DNA of 51,763 bases from Acidobacteriota bacterium (GTDB taxonomy: Bacteria; Acidobacteriota; Terriglobia; Terriglobales; Acidobacteriaceae). The DNA lies in contig JAYTFO010000255.1 in the NCBI GenBank assembly GCA_043734305.1, positions 1 to 51,763 on the forward strand, read 5' to 3'. Under the pieces are notes generated by a model. The model was not told where the DNA came from. It worked only from the letters and a program-made list of their open reading frames with translations, and searched no databases. How positions within the stretch are numbered: the first letter of the stretch is position 1; the number at the start of each line of letters is the position of its first letter. Position numbers and translations under genes: made by a program. Of this stretch, positions 1 to 8,919 are shown piece by piece.

Positions 1-566
1 TCCCCGGCGCATCCCCGGCATAACACGCGCCCATCGCGCTTCACCTCGCGGCGAAAATTAATCCCCTCGCCGCACTCCGCGCACACAATCCGCTCGCCCT
101 TGTATCCAGGAAGGTCTTCCGCCGGCAATTCCACCTTTACCCATTGCAGATCAAATAAATCGTCCAAAAACATTTCGCGATAGGCCAGCATCTGCTGCTC
201 GTTCTTGCTCGCGATTTCTGGATGTATTTCGCGCGCCAATTGTTTCGAGGACTCTTTAGCGGCGATGCGGATGGCTTTACCTGATTGCAGGTCCACGAAC
301 GTTGCTGCCATCTTGCCCCAGTCGCAAAACTTCAGTGCGCGCTTGCCGAGACGGCATCCGGTGACCACGCTGATTGCGTCCGTAGCGCAACGGTCGATTT
401 CAACGAACGTGACGAGGCGCTTGCGGTCTTCTCTGTTGCCTCGCGGGTCGTCGATTCCGAGTTTCGATAGCCCCAGCATCGCCATGCGCACGCCGAGAAT
501 CTGCCCCGCGCAAAGATGTCCGTGCGCCTGCTCAGCGTCGCGAAGATATTCGTCTAGGGAGAGCAT
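1..566 (-). CDS. FmdE-family protein (FmdE-like domain plus C-terminal zinc ribbon); 3' end lies beyond the window start
   Basis: Own minus-strand translation from ATG at 566-564: MLSLDEYLRDAEQAHGHLCAGQILGVRMAMLG...IVCAECGEGINFRREVKRDGRVLCRGCAG. Absent from the ORF track because there is no stop in the window. The + ORFs at 205-576 and 285-470 are its antisense. Confidence 0.7.
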   Translation of the reverse strand, partial: MLSLDEYLRDAEQAHGHLCAGQILGVRMAMLGLSKLGIDDPRGNREDRKRLVTFVEIDRCATDAISVVTGCRLGKRALKFCDWGKMAATFVDLQSGKAIRIAAKESSKQLAREIHPEIASKNEQQMLAYREMFLDDLFDLQWVKVELPAEDLPGYKGERIVCAECGEGINFRREVKRDGRVLCRGCAG

Positions 567-567
567 G

Positions 568-668
568 AATTTGTAATTTGGTAATTTGTAATTTGGTAAT
601 TTGAAATCGTAGGCATGGGAGCTTTTGACTTTCAATTACAAATTACCCAATTACCCAATTACAAATTT
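568..668. repeat. Word-hairpin element with TTGTAAT/TTGGTAAT arms (7/8-nt period)
   Basis: Left arm aatttgtaatttggtaatttgtaatttggtaatttg. Right arm caattacaaattacccaattacccaattacaaatt is its near reverse complement. Fills the gap between the cysS stop (672) and the FmdE start (566). Confidence 0.85.
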
Positions 669-671
669 GCT

Positions 672-2156
672 TTACTTTCTCCGCCACCGCACACCGTCTT
701 TTGTGTTTTCGACAATGACGCCGGCGGCCGTTAGTTCAGCGCGCAATGCATCGGAGACTTTGAAATCCCGGCCCTTGCGCGCCCCTTCCATCTCTGCGAT
801 CTTCTGATTCACCTGGGCGTCCGAAAGTTGCACCGAACCCGCGATCTCGAGTAGCTCCGGCGCGGCGTCTTTCTCCCGCCCCACGCTCCGCGCCCATTCG
901 AGAATGGCCTTCATCTTTGGCTGGTCGTCATCATTGAGCACGCCAAAAATTTCGTCAAACTTTCCTAGCGCCCCGAGCAGCGGTTGCACGTCCTCTCGAC
1001 GCATCTCGCCTGCTTCCAACGCCGCGTTCGCTTTGCGCACCATATCGAAAACCGCGCCCTGCGCCTGCGCCGTATTCAGATCGTCCTCGAGTGCGTTCTT
1101 GATGCGCCCCACAGTTTCTGCCGCCAGCTGCGCCATCGCGGGACTTGCGCCCTCCGCCAACTGTGCGCTCGTCAAACGAAAGCGGAAGTTGCGCAGCTTC
1201 TCCACCGAACTCGCCGCTGACCTCAGGCCCTCAAAAGTAAAGTTCAACTGATTGCGATACGGAACCGACGAAAGCAGCCACCGGATTGAAGACGGCTTGT
1301 GACCCCTAAGCACCAGGTCGCGCGGAGTAAAAAAATTCCCCAGACTCTTCGACATCTTCTCGCCTTCCACTAGCAAGAAGCGCACATGAAACCAGAAGCG
1401 CGCAAAAGTCTGCCCCGTCAGCGACTCCGACTGCGCAATTTCATTTTCATGATGCGGGAAAATCAGGTCCTCGCCGCCCGCATGCAAATCGAAACTCGGT
1501 CCCAGCTCCGCCATCGACATCACCGAGCACTCAATATGCCACCCGGGACGCCCCGCCCCAATTGCCGTCTCCCACGAAGCCTCGCCCGGCTTGGGCGCTT
1601 TCCACAACGCGAAATCGCGCGCGCTGTCTTTTTCGTATTCGTCGACATCCACGCGCGCGCCGTCTTCCATGCCGGCAAAATCTTTTTTCGACAACTTACC
1701 GTACTGCGGAAACCGCGCGATCCGAAAGTAATACGACCCATCCTCCGAGCGGTAAGCAATATCTTTTGCCTGTAACTTTCCGATGAACTCCGCCATTTCC
1801 GGGATGTGTTCCGTAGCCCGCACCAGCTTCGGGCGCTCGATATTCAACGCCGCCGAGTCTTCCAGAAACGCCTGCTCATATTTCGACGTGTACTGCTGCA
1901 CCGTCACGCCATCCCGGGCCGCGTTGCGGATGATCTTGTCATCGACATCCGTAATATTCATCACGTAGCGGACGTCATACCCACTCTGCCGCAAGAACCG
2001 ATAGAGCAGGTCCACCGCAATGAACGTGCGAAAATTTCCGATGTGTCCGTAGTCGTAAACCGTCGGCCCACAGGCATACATCCGGACCTGGTTGCCCTGC
2101 AGCGGCTGAAATTCTCCGATTTTTGCGGTGAGTGTGTTGTAAAGACGCAGTCCCAT
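672..2156 (-). CDS. cysS: Cysteine--tRNA ligase
   Basis: 494 aa; class I HIGH (YDYGHIGNFRT) and KMSKS (KMSKSLGNF) motifs; CysRS-like N-terminus MYACGPTVYD. Confidence 0.96.
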   Translation of the reverse strand: MGLRLYNTLTAKIGEFQPLQGNQVRMYACGPTVYDYGHIGNFRTFIAVDLLYRFLRQSGYDVRYVMNITDVDDKIIRNAARDGVTVQQYTSKYEQAFLEDSAALNIERPKLVRATEHIPEMAEFIGKLQAKDIAYRSEDGSYYFRIARFPQYGKLSKKDFAGMEDGARVDVDEYEKDSARDFALWKAPKPGEASWETAIGAGRPGWHIECSVMSMAELGPSFDLHAGGEDLIFPHHENEIAQSESLTGQTFARFWFHVRFLLVEGEKMSKSLGNFFTPRDLVLRGHKPSSIRWLLSSVPYRNQLNFTFEGLRSAASSVEKLRNFRFRLTSAQLAEGASPAMAQLAAETVGRIKNALEDDLNTAQAQGAVFDMVRKANAALEAGEMRREDVQPLLGALGKFDEIFGVLNDDDQPKMKAILEWARSVGREKDAAPELLEIAGSVQLSDAQVNQKIAEMEGARKGRDFKVSDALRAELTAAGVIVENTKDGVRWRRK

Positions 2157-2254
2157 GGATGAGTTCGCTAGACTGCCGCGAATCTTTCATTTTAGGGGCG
2201 AGGCAAAATGCGGTCAAACGAGGGAAACAAATCAGCTTCGCAAGATTCTGCGCC

Positions 2255-2839
2255 CTATGTTTTCGGAGCTGGTAATTGTGGATGCGGCCGCAAGCGATGC
2301 TGCACCAGAAACGCATAGTGCACGGCCGACAAAATCGTGAACCAGAACGTAGCCAGCAGAAAGGTCTTGCGCGCAATATCAACCCACAACACGGGCATCA
2401 CCAACAACAGGAGGGCGAAAAAAATCGCCGCGACCTGGGCAAAAGTATTCGCCTTGCCGAATATGCTGGGACGAAAATCTCTCAGCCCCGCGATCATGAA
2501 GAGCACGCCGCTGATCAGCAGAATCGAAATATCGCGACTGAATACGACGACGGTATATTTCCACGGCACCAGAGCTCTGTGTTCAATCGACAGCACCAGA
2601 AACATCGTGCTCATGAGCAGCTTGTCGGCGATCGGATCGAGATACTGTCCAAGAAGCGTCTGCTGATGCAGTGTGCGAGCCAGCAACCCGTCCAGTCCGT
2701 CGCTGATCCCCGCCAGCACAAACAGCACCAGCGCCCAAACGTAATGATGCCCGACAACATTGATCACAATAAATGGCACAAAGATCATCCGCAGCAGCGT
2801 GAGTTGATTGGGCGCTGTCAGGATCTGGCGGAGATTCAC
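2255..2839 (-). CDS. pgsA: CDP-alcohol phosphatidyltransferase (PgsA-like phosphatidylglycerophosphate synthase)
   Basis: 194 aa polytopic membrane protein with the D-G-x2-A-R...G-x3-D-x3-D motif (SDGLDGLLAR...GQYLDPIADK). Confidence 0.82.
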   Translation of the reverse strand: MNLRQILTAPNQLTLLRMIFVPFIVINVVGHHYVWALVLFVLAGISDGLDGLLARTLHQQTLLGQYLDPIADKLLMSTMFLVLSIEHRALVPWKYTVVVFSRDISILLISGVLFMIAGLRDFRPSIFGKANTFAQVAAIFFALLLLVMPVLWVDIARKTFLLATFWFTILSAVHYAFLVQHRLRPHPQLPAPKT

Positions 2840-3198
2840 TCAGGGCCTCCGCTGTGCCCAAGGAATCCGCCCGTCAACAACGGCGCCGGATCCTGTCCCG
2901 TCTGCTGCGCGAACCGCTGCGATAGCGAGAGGATATTGCTCTCCGGGAGATCAAGTTCCATCCGTTCCACACGATGCATGGGGAAGAACACCACGCCCGA
3001 CGTAAACGAGTCGCCGCCCTTGATGGTCGAAATCAAATCGTCGAAAGAAACCAGATCCACGCCGCGCACGCTTAGACCCTCGCTCGACAGACTGAGGATT
3101 GCGCCCCAGAATTTCTCGCGCGGACTGTTCAGCGTCAGGATAACAATCGCACCGGGATGAAACGGTCCGGTGGCGCGGCGTTCTTGAGAGGGACTCAT
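2836..3198 (-). CDS. Hypothetical protein (120 aa)
   Basis: ORF 2836-3348 trimmed to the internal ATG at 3198 (MSPSQERR...) because the upstream part overlaps the 3' end of the TonB-C gene. 4-nt overlap with the pgsA start. No recognisable motif. Confidence 0.45.
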   Translation of the reverse strand: MSPSQERRATGPFHPGAIVILTLNSPREKFWGAILSLSSEGLSVRGVDLVSFDDLISTIKGGDSFTSGVVFFPMHRVERMELDLPESNILSLSQRFAQQTGQDPAPLLTGGFLGHSGGPE

Positions 3199-3266
3199 GG
3201 CTGCATCTGATTGTCGTATTGAATAGGCGAGAATTGCAAACTGCCGACGGCTTGCGCTCGCCGAGT

Positions 3267-3866
3267 TTAACGCAGTCGGAAACTGACCACGACTTCGATA
3301 TCGGAGACTACCGCCTCCGTCCCGTACATTGCAGGCTTGAACCTCCAACTTTTCAGGGTCTGAAGAGTTGCTTCATCCATTGCGCGAGTGCTGGAGCCTA
3401 CCAGTTGGATGTTGTCCACTGACCCGTCCGTTAATACGGTCATTGATACCGCGGTGTCGCCCATCATCCCATTTTGACTCGATGACTTTGGGTAAAGAGG
3501 ATCAGGCGTTTTTACGGGTACGGGGTGTTTGATCCCGGCGCACATGCGGCGCTCGATCGCTCCGAAAGGCGCTGTCAGAAGGCTGTCGTCGAGCGCCGCT
3601 GTTTCCAAAGTGAGGACATGCAGGTCGACAACTTTGCTTCCATTTACGAATAGTTTCATCTGACGAGGGGAGCGATGTCCGCGGAATTCAGCGTAGTCAG
3701 AAAATTCGTGTCTGCCATGCTGATCGGGGGGCTCATCCCAGTCGTCGGTTAGGATTTCTCGGGACGTTGGATTCACGCAAATCTCGTGGGTTCGCTGACC
3801 TCGTCCACTCTCAAGGCGGACTTCGAAGCATGAGGACTGCACGCCCTGCTCAAGGTGGTTCTTCAT
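3267..3866 (-). CDS. TonB C-terminal domain-containing protein
   Basis: The C-terminal ~80 aa (PDPLYPKSS..GDTAVSMTVLTDGSV..ATLQTLKSWRFKPAMYGTEAV) fit the TonB-C pattern. The start ATG overlaps the upstream stop (ATGA). Confidence 0.6.
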   Translation of the reverse strand: MKNHLEQGVQSSCFEVRLESGRGQRTHEICVNPTSREILTDDWDEPPDQHGRHEFSDYAEFRGHRSPRQMKLFVNGSKVVDLHVLTLETAALDDSLLTAPFGAIERRMCAGIKHPVPVKTPDPLYPKSSSQNGMMGDTAVSMTVLTDGSVDNIQLVGSSTRAMDEATLQTLKSWRFKPAMYGTEAVVSDIEVVVSFRLR

Positions 3867-4276
3867 TTTTTGATTTGCATTCGATCCGGGTCGGCAGGCA
3901 TCGCTAGTAAGCTGATCAGTTCGGTGACTCGGAGTGGTGTGAACGGAGCATTCCGGCTAAGAAAAACCGACTCGCCCTTCTTGATGTCGATTTGCTGGTG
4001 GTGATCGCTGATGATGCGGCGCCAGAAGCGATCCTTGGATTCCCATCGGAAGCTGAGGTGGCCCTCGGTTGGCACCTGGTTTTGTATACGCAGGTCAGCC
4101 TCGATGTGGAAGGGTGCTGCGTCTGCGGTGAAGATGTCCATCTGCTGTACGGATGCTGCAAGCAGTTGTTGTGCGGCAGGATCGACTCCTCCGAAGCACA
4201 GAAGAACTCCAAGCAGAAGGCCGCCTGCTAACAAAATAACCCGTGTCACAGTCAGGCAGTTCTTGTTAGACGTCAC
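3863..4276 (-). CDS. Hypothetical membrane-anchored protein (137 aa)
   Basis: N-terminal hydrophobic anchor VILLAGGLLLGVLLCFGG. Overlaps the response-regulator stop by 11 nt. May be the N-terminal half of one gene with 3267-3866. Confidence 0.5.
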   Translation of the reverse strand: MTSNKNCLTVTRVILLAGGLLLGVLLCFGGVDPAAQQLLAASVQQMDIFTADAAPFHIEADLRIQNQVPTEGHLSFRWESKDRFWRRIISDHHQQIDIKKGESVFLSRNAPFTPLRVTELISLLAMPADPDRMQIKK

Positions 4277-5642
4277 TACGCACCGCCTTCAAATCAATCC
4301 CCACCTGCTCGGCCTTCTTATAAAGGTGCGACCGTTCCAGCCCCAGCGCCCGCGCGGTATTCGATATTTGATTGTGGTTCCGTTTCAACTCCGCAAGGAT
4401 TGTTTGCTTTTCGAAAGCGCGGACGCGGTCGGCGAGCGGGCCGGTTGCCGCGATCGAAGAATCCAGATTCGCAGCCGAAGACGGCAGCGCGAGCGTTACG
4501 GTCTCGGCGGTCACTTCGTGCGACGTCGCCAGCAGCATGAGCCGCTCGACGGCGTTTCTAAGTTCGCGGACGTTGCCTGGCCAAGCGTGTTCTTGCAACG
4601 CAGAGATCGCGTCGGTCGTGAAGCGCATCGGTTTCCATCCATTGGCGGCGCTCACTTGTTGGGCGAAGTGCTCGACCAGCGACGGAATATCTTCCCGGCG
4701 TTCACGTAGTGGCGGTAAGCGCAACGGAAAAACGAACACGCGATGAAACAAATCCTGGCGGAACTTTCCATCACGCACGAGTTTTTCCAGATCGTGGTGT
4801 GTCGCGACAATGACTCGGACATCCACGGTGATGGAGCGATCTCCGCCAATGCGTTCGACTTCGCCTTCTTCCAGCACGCGCAGGAGTTTAGCCTGCATGG
4901 CGAGCGGCATGTCGCCAATTTCGTCGAGGAAGATGGTGCCGTGTTGCGCCTGCTCGAACTTGCCGAGATGGCGAGCGCCCGCTCCGGTGAACGATCCTTT
5001 TTCGTGTCCGAATAATTCAGACTCGATCAGCTCCGCCGGTACTGCCGCGCAGTTGAGCGTGACAAACGGCCCGTCCGCTCGCGGGCTGCGTTCGTGCAGC
5101 GTGCGCGCTACCAACTCTTTGCCCGTGCCGGTTTCACCGAGAATGCAGATGCGTGTTTCGCTGGCCGCGACTTTTTCCACTTGCGCCATGACGCGGCGCA
5201 TCGTCTCGCCTTGCCACACGATTTCGTGCTTGCCAAGACGGCGCTCAAGATCGCGATTGTCGCGCTCGAGCCTCCCTAGCTTCAACGCATTCTCGACCGT
5301 GAGCAGAAGTTTTTCCGTCGAAATCGGTTTTTCGAGGAAGTCGAGCGCACCCAATCGTGTGGCTCGCACGGCCATTTCGATGTGCGCCTGACCCGACATC
5401 ATTACGACCGGAGTTGATACGCCCTGCGCTTTCAATTCTTCGAGCAGAGTGAGGCCGTCTTTGCCGGGCATGACTACGTCCGAGAGGATCAGGTCGAAAG
5501 CTTGTGTCTTGGCGAGTTCCAGCGCGCGGGCAGCGTTGTCGCAGACCGTGGCCTCATGTCCTTCGAGGCGGAATGCTCGCGAGAGAGAGGCCAGCGTGTT
5601 GGCTTCGTCATCGACGATCAGCAAGTGCGCTTTCTGAGCCAC
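4266..5642 (-). CDS. Sigma-54-dependent response regulator (NtrC family: REC + AAA+ + Fis-type HTH)
   Basis: REC N-terminus (LLIVDDE...LILSDVVMPG); Walker A GETGTGKE; GAFTGA-type loop ESELFGHEKGSFTGA; C-terminal HTH (ISNTARALGLERSHLYKK). Confidence 0.93.
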   Translation of the reverse strand: MAQKAHLLIVDDEANTLASLSRAFRLEGHEATVCDNAARALELAKTQAFDLILSDVVMPGKDGLTLLEELKAQGVSTPVVMMSGQAHIEMAVRATRLGALDFLEKPISTEKLLLTVENALKLGRLERDNRDLERRLGKHEIVWQGETMRRVMAQVEKVAASETRICILGETGTGKELVARTLHERSPRADGPFVTLNCAAVPAELIESELFGHEKGSFTGAGARHLGKFEQAQHGTIFLDEIGDMPLAMQAKLLRVLEEGEVERIGGDRSITVDVRVIVATHHDLEKLVRDGKFRQDLFHRVFVFPLRLPPLRERREDIPSLVEHFAQQVSAANGWKPMRFTTDAISALQEHAWPGNVRELRNAVERLMLLATSHEVTAETVTLALPSSAANLDSSIAATGPLADRVRAFEKQTILAELKRNHNQISNTARALGLERSHLYKKAEQVGIDLKAVRSDV

Positions 5643-5654
5643 CTTCTCGACCTC

Positions 5655-5760
5655 GGGGGCTGAAGCCCCAATTCAAAATAGCCGATAACCGCAGCGCTGA
5701 AGCGCTGCGCCACCCAAAAGCTTACACGCTCAAGATCTAAGCCGATTCAAAATCCGCGCG
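5655..5760. repeat. Pair of TGAA-loop hairpins plus a duplicated ATTCAAAAT motif in the HK-RR gap
   Basis: GGGGC-TGAA-GCCCC at 5655-5669 and GCAGCGC-TGAA-GCGCTGC at 5691-5708. attcaaaat occurs at about 5671 and about 5745. Confidence 0.6.
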
Positions 5761-5791
5761 GACTCAAAAGGCGACAGCCATGCTCCTTGCC

Positions 5792-7564
5792 TCATCGCGC
5801 CTCACGCGGCAACTCGATGCGGAATGTCGTGCCTTTTTCTTTCGTGCTCTCGACGGAAATCTTGCCGCCGTGATCGCTTACCACCGACTGTACGATCGCC
5901 AGCCCGAGGCCCGTGCCGTGCTGTTTGGTGGTGTAGTAAGGCGTAAACAAACGCGCGCATTCTTCCTGCGTCAAGCCGGAACCGGTGTCGGAGACAGAGA
6001 GTTCTACTTCATTTCCGACAGCCTTTGTCGCGACAACAATCTCTCCGCCTTGCGGCAAAGCGTCAATTGCATTGAGTACGAGATTCGAAAGTGCGCGGTG
6101 CAACAACTCGGGATCGGCCGCAATCTCCGGCAACTCCGGATCGAGTGCCGCGCGGACCGCGATCTGGTTCTTCTCCTGCAATTGCGCCTGGAACACACGC
6201 AGCACCGAGCGGACGACTTCGTTGAGTTGCATGGCTTTCCGCTGAGGCTGCGGCATGCGGGAAAATTCGCTGAAGCGGCCGATGATTGTTTTCAGATTGT
6301 TAATTTCGGCGAGCAGCGTGGTTGTTCCTTCCTGAAATACTTCTTCGAACAGTTCCGGAGCTTTCTCTTTCGCGCGGATCAGATTTTCGACCGTGACTTG
6401 CAGCGGAAATAGCGGATTCTTCAATTCATGCGCCAGACGCCGCGCAAGTTCTCTCCATGCGGCCACGCGTTCAGCTTGCAGGGTGCGTTCTTTCTGCTGG
6501 AGAAGATCCTCGGTCATGCGATTGAACGCCGTCGCGAGTTCACCAAGTTCATCGCTCGACTCCACTTCGACCTTGGCGTAAAGATCTCCAGCGGCGACGC
6601 GGCGAGCGGCTTCCGCCAGCGACACGACCGGCCGCGCGATTCGCGCCGCAAACCACAAACTGGCCAGCACCGCGACCAAAATGCCCGCGCCTCCAACCAG
6701 CATTGCCGCCGAAAGGACTTGTCGCTGCAATTCAATCAGCGGACGCCGCGAACTGCCCACCAGAAGTACGCCCATCACTTGCTGGTTGGGTCCGGCGAGT
6801 GGCATGGCATGAAAGCTTTCGGCGTCGGCAGAATCGGTGGACCAGTGAACCACGCTTTGCGATTCCTGCCCCGAGTGCCTCACCTGTTCAATCAGTGGCG
6901 CGAACTTATCGGCTCCGGATGCAGCGCCGTTCAGGTCGAGGAGCGACTTCGAATTCCAATTCGCATCCAGATTCTGATACAGCAACACGCGCGTGCCTGC
7001 AGGAATGTCGAGCGTCGAAAGAAATCCCTGGTCGAGGCGTTCTCCTCCGATGACATAAAGAGGCTGCTCGCCAACGCCGTCTACGCGCACCGCGAACAAG
7101 CCGAGCGTCGATCCACTCGCCAGCTCTTCGCGTTTCAGAAATGCGCCCGCCGAACCGATGGTCGACGGAACCGCCGCCTCGGGATATCCAAACTTCGCCT
7201 GCCACTGGGCCGACGAGAGGATCGTTCCTTGATGGTCCACGAGTTCCAGAAAGTCGAGATGCTGCTGGCCGGCCAGGTTGTGAGCTTCAATGACGTAGCC
7301 GCCGGAATCGGGCGCGCCGCGATTGATCTCCAGAGCGATGCGCTGTACGGATTCGCCGGCGGCCGCAGCTTCCACCTTTCGCACAACCTCGTCGCCGCGT
7401 CGCTGAAATTCCGACCGGAACTGAGCCGCCACGGCGTTTGCGCGGTCATCATTCGCGCGATCGAACGAGCGCCGCATGGTGCTCCACACCGACGCCGAGA
7501 TCACCAGCACGCAAAGTAATACGGTGAGCGCAAACATCAGCAGAAGTTTTTTGCGGAAGCTCAT
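5792..7564 (-). CDS. Sensor histidine kinase (2 TM, periplasmic domain, HAMP, HisKA, HATPase)
   Basis: H-box HELKNPL; N/G boxes (LSNLVLNAIDA, DTGSGL, GTGLGLAIV); HAMP after TM2. Start placed at ATG 7564 (MSFRKKLLLMF...), which forms an ATGA overlap with the upstream stop. The ORF track extends to 7585. Confidence 0.9.
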   Translation of the reverse strand: MSFRKKLLLMFALTVLLCVLVISASVWSTMRRSFDRANDDRANAVAAQFRSEFQRRGDEVVRKVEAAAAGESVQRIALEINRGAPDSGGYVIEAHNLAGQQHLDFLELVDHQGTILSSAQWQAKFGYPEAAVPSTIGSAGAFLKREELASGSTLGLFAVRVDGVGEQPLYVIGGERLDQGFLSTLDIPAGTRVLLYQNLDANWNSKSLLDLNGAASGADKFAPLIEQVRHSGQESQSVVHWSTDSADAESFHAMPLAGPNQQVMGVLLVGSSRRPLIELQRQVLSAAMLVGGAGILVAVLASLWFAARIARPVVSLAEAARRVAAGDLYAKVEVESSDELGELATAFNRMTEDLLQQKERTLQAERVAAWRELARRLAHELKNPLFPLQVTVENLIRAKEKAPELFEEVFQEGTTTLLAEINNLKTIIGRFSEFSRMPQPQRKAMQLNEVVRSVLRVFQAQLQEKNQIAVRAALDPELPEIAADPELLHRALSNLVLNAIDALPQGGEIVVATKAVGNEVELSVSDTGSGLTQEECARLFTPYYTTKQHGTGLGLAIVQSVVSDHGGKISVESTKEKGTTFRIELPREAR

Positions 7565-8919
7565 CGCGCGTCCGCCTCCAGCCAAATGTCAGAGACGTTC
7601 CACTCGCCCGTGCGGCCAGGCTGCCAGTTGCGAACACGCGCGCCGCCTGCGCTCGCCACCGGCAAGTGAATGAGTGGGATGACCGTGTGCGGATCGAGCA
7701 GAGCGCGCTCGGCGGAGTACATCTCTTCCACTGAATTGCCGTAAATCATCGGCTGCGGCTGTCCCAGCGCCCGCGCGGCTTCGCGCAGACATGTTGCCGA
7801 ATCGGGGCTGGGCAGCGCGATGCGAATCAGGCTGACGTCGGGCGTTCTCGACAGCGACACTTGCAGCGTGATACCAGCCTCGCGCGCGTTCAAGGCAATG
7901 CGCTCGGCAATCAACTGCGCCTGCGGATCGCGCGGATCATAGCTCAGAGTGAGCGCCGGTTGCCGCGAGTCGGCGAGAACGACTTTCGCGGCCTGCACAT
8001 TCCCTTGCATGGGAAAAGCAGCGCTGTAGCCGGTCATCCAGTTGGGCAAGATGCTCGCGGTGGGTTCCCCCGCGCCTTTCAACAACACGGACTGGATCGG
8101 TTTGCGATCGATGACGAGCGCGAGGGCTTCTCGAACGCGGGCGTCCTGCGCTTTCGAGTAAGCGGGAAACACTAACGCCATCAGTTCCACCGGCAGCGAA
8201 GTGCGGATGCGCTGCGAGCCGCTGTTCAGCGCGGGCGGTTGTGGCATCGCTTCAATCAAATCAGTCTTGCCAAGTTCGAGGGCGACGGCCTGATCGCGGA
8301 GAGAGCTGTTGAATTCGATCTCGATTGCGTCTACGAACGGCCGCCCGGCCCAGCTTGCTTCGTTTGCTGCTAGCCGCATCAGTCGCCCGCGTTGAAAGTC
8401 AACGAGGCGGAAGGGACCTGTGCCGACCATTGATGTGGCAGCAGTCTGCTTGAGGATCGCGTTAGGAGGCAGAGCCAGTTCTGAGAGGAGGGAAGGCATT
8501 GGGTTTTCACTCTCGATGATCAACGAGTCGCCTGACGCGCGGACGGACCAATCGGAATGTCGTTCTCCAAGAATTGGCGCGATGGTTGCAGCCGATGCCG
8601 GGCTGCCATCGTGAAATTTCACGCCGTGACGCAGTGTGAATTGCCAACGCTTGCCGTTCAAGTCACTCTGCCATGCAATTGCCAGCCGCGGCTGGGCGCG
8701 CCCGAGGGGGTCGATGTTCACGAGATTGTCGGCGATCATTGCCAGGATACGCGCCGAGTCCCAGTAGTCCGCAGGGGTGCCATTAGCGGGAAATTCCAAA
8801 GAATTCGGAGCCGCCTGCAACATGACGCGCAGAGTTCCGCCATAGCGTGGACGAGTCTCTCCCGCCGCCACGCCCAGCAGACTAGCTGCCGCAAACAATA
8901 GAAATGCGATACGCCTCAT
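7561..8919 (-). CDS. Family-5 (peptide/nickel type) periplasmic solute-binding protein-like
   Basis: 452 aa; signal peptide MRRIAFLLFAAASLLGVAAG; SBP_bac_5-like blocks (GGTLRV..., LAIAWQ..., RHGVKFHDGSP, GTGPFRLVDF). No ABC permease or ATPase genes are adjacent. Confidence 0.75.
   Translation of the reverse strand: MRRIAFLLFAAASLLGVAAGETRPRYGGTLRVMLQAAPNSLEFPANGTPADYWDSARILAMIADNLVNIDPLGRAQPRLAIAWQSDLNGKRWQFTLRHGVKFHDGSPASAATIAPILGERHSDWSVRASGDSLIIESENPMPSLLSELALPPNAILKQTAATSMVGTGPFRLVDFQRGRLMRLAANEASWAGRPFVDAIEIEFNSSLRDQAVALELGKTDLIEAMPQPPALNSGSQRIRTSLPVELMALVFPAYSKAQDARVREALALVIDRKPIQSVLLKGAGEPTASILPNWMTGYSAAFPMQGNVQAAKVVLADSRQPALTLSYDPRDPQAQLIAERIALNAREAGITLQVSLSRTPDVSLIRIALPSPDSATCLREAARALGQPQPMIYGNSVEEMYSAERALLDPHTVIPLIHLPVASAGGARVRNWQPGRTGEWNVSDIWLEADAR

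Noticed and set aside
205-576. Plus-strand ORFs (205-576, 285-470) at the window start
   Set aside because: They are antisense to a well-formed FmdE-family reading frame on the minus strand (start ATG 566-564). Their translations are low-complexity Ser/Arg/Ala-rich.
6428-7519. Long antisense ORFs inside well-supported genes: 6428-7519, 10139-11233, 15839-16831, 26082-27095, 31750-33078, 38158-38958, 44827-45978 and 48466-49125
   Set aside because: These are typical high-GC antisense open frames. Their products are Arg/His/Gly/Pro-rich with no motifs, and each lies fully within a gene whose sense translation carries unambiguous family motifs.
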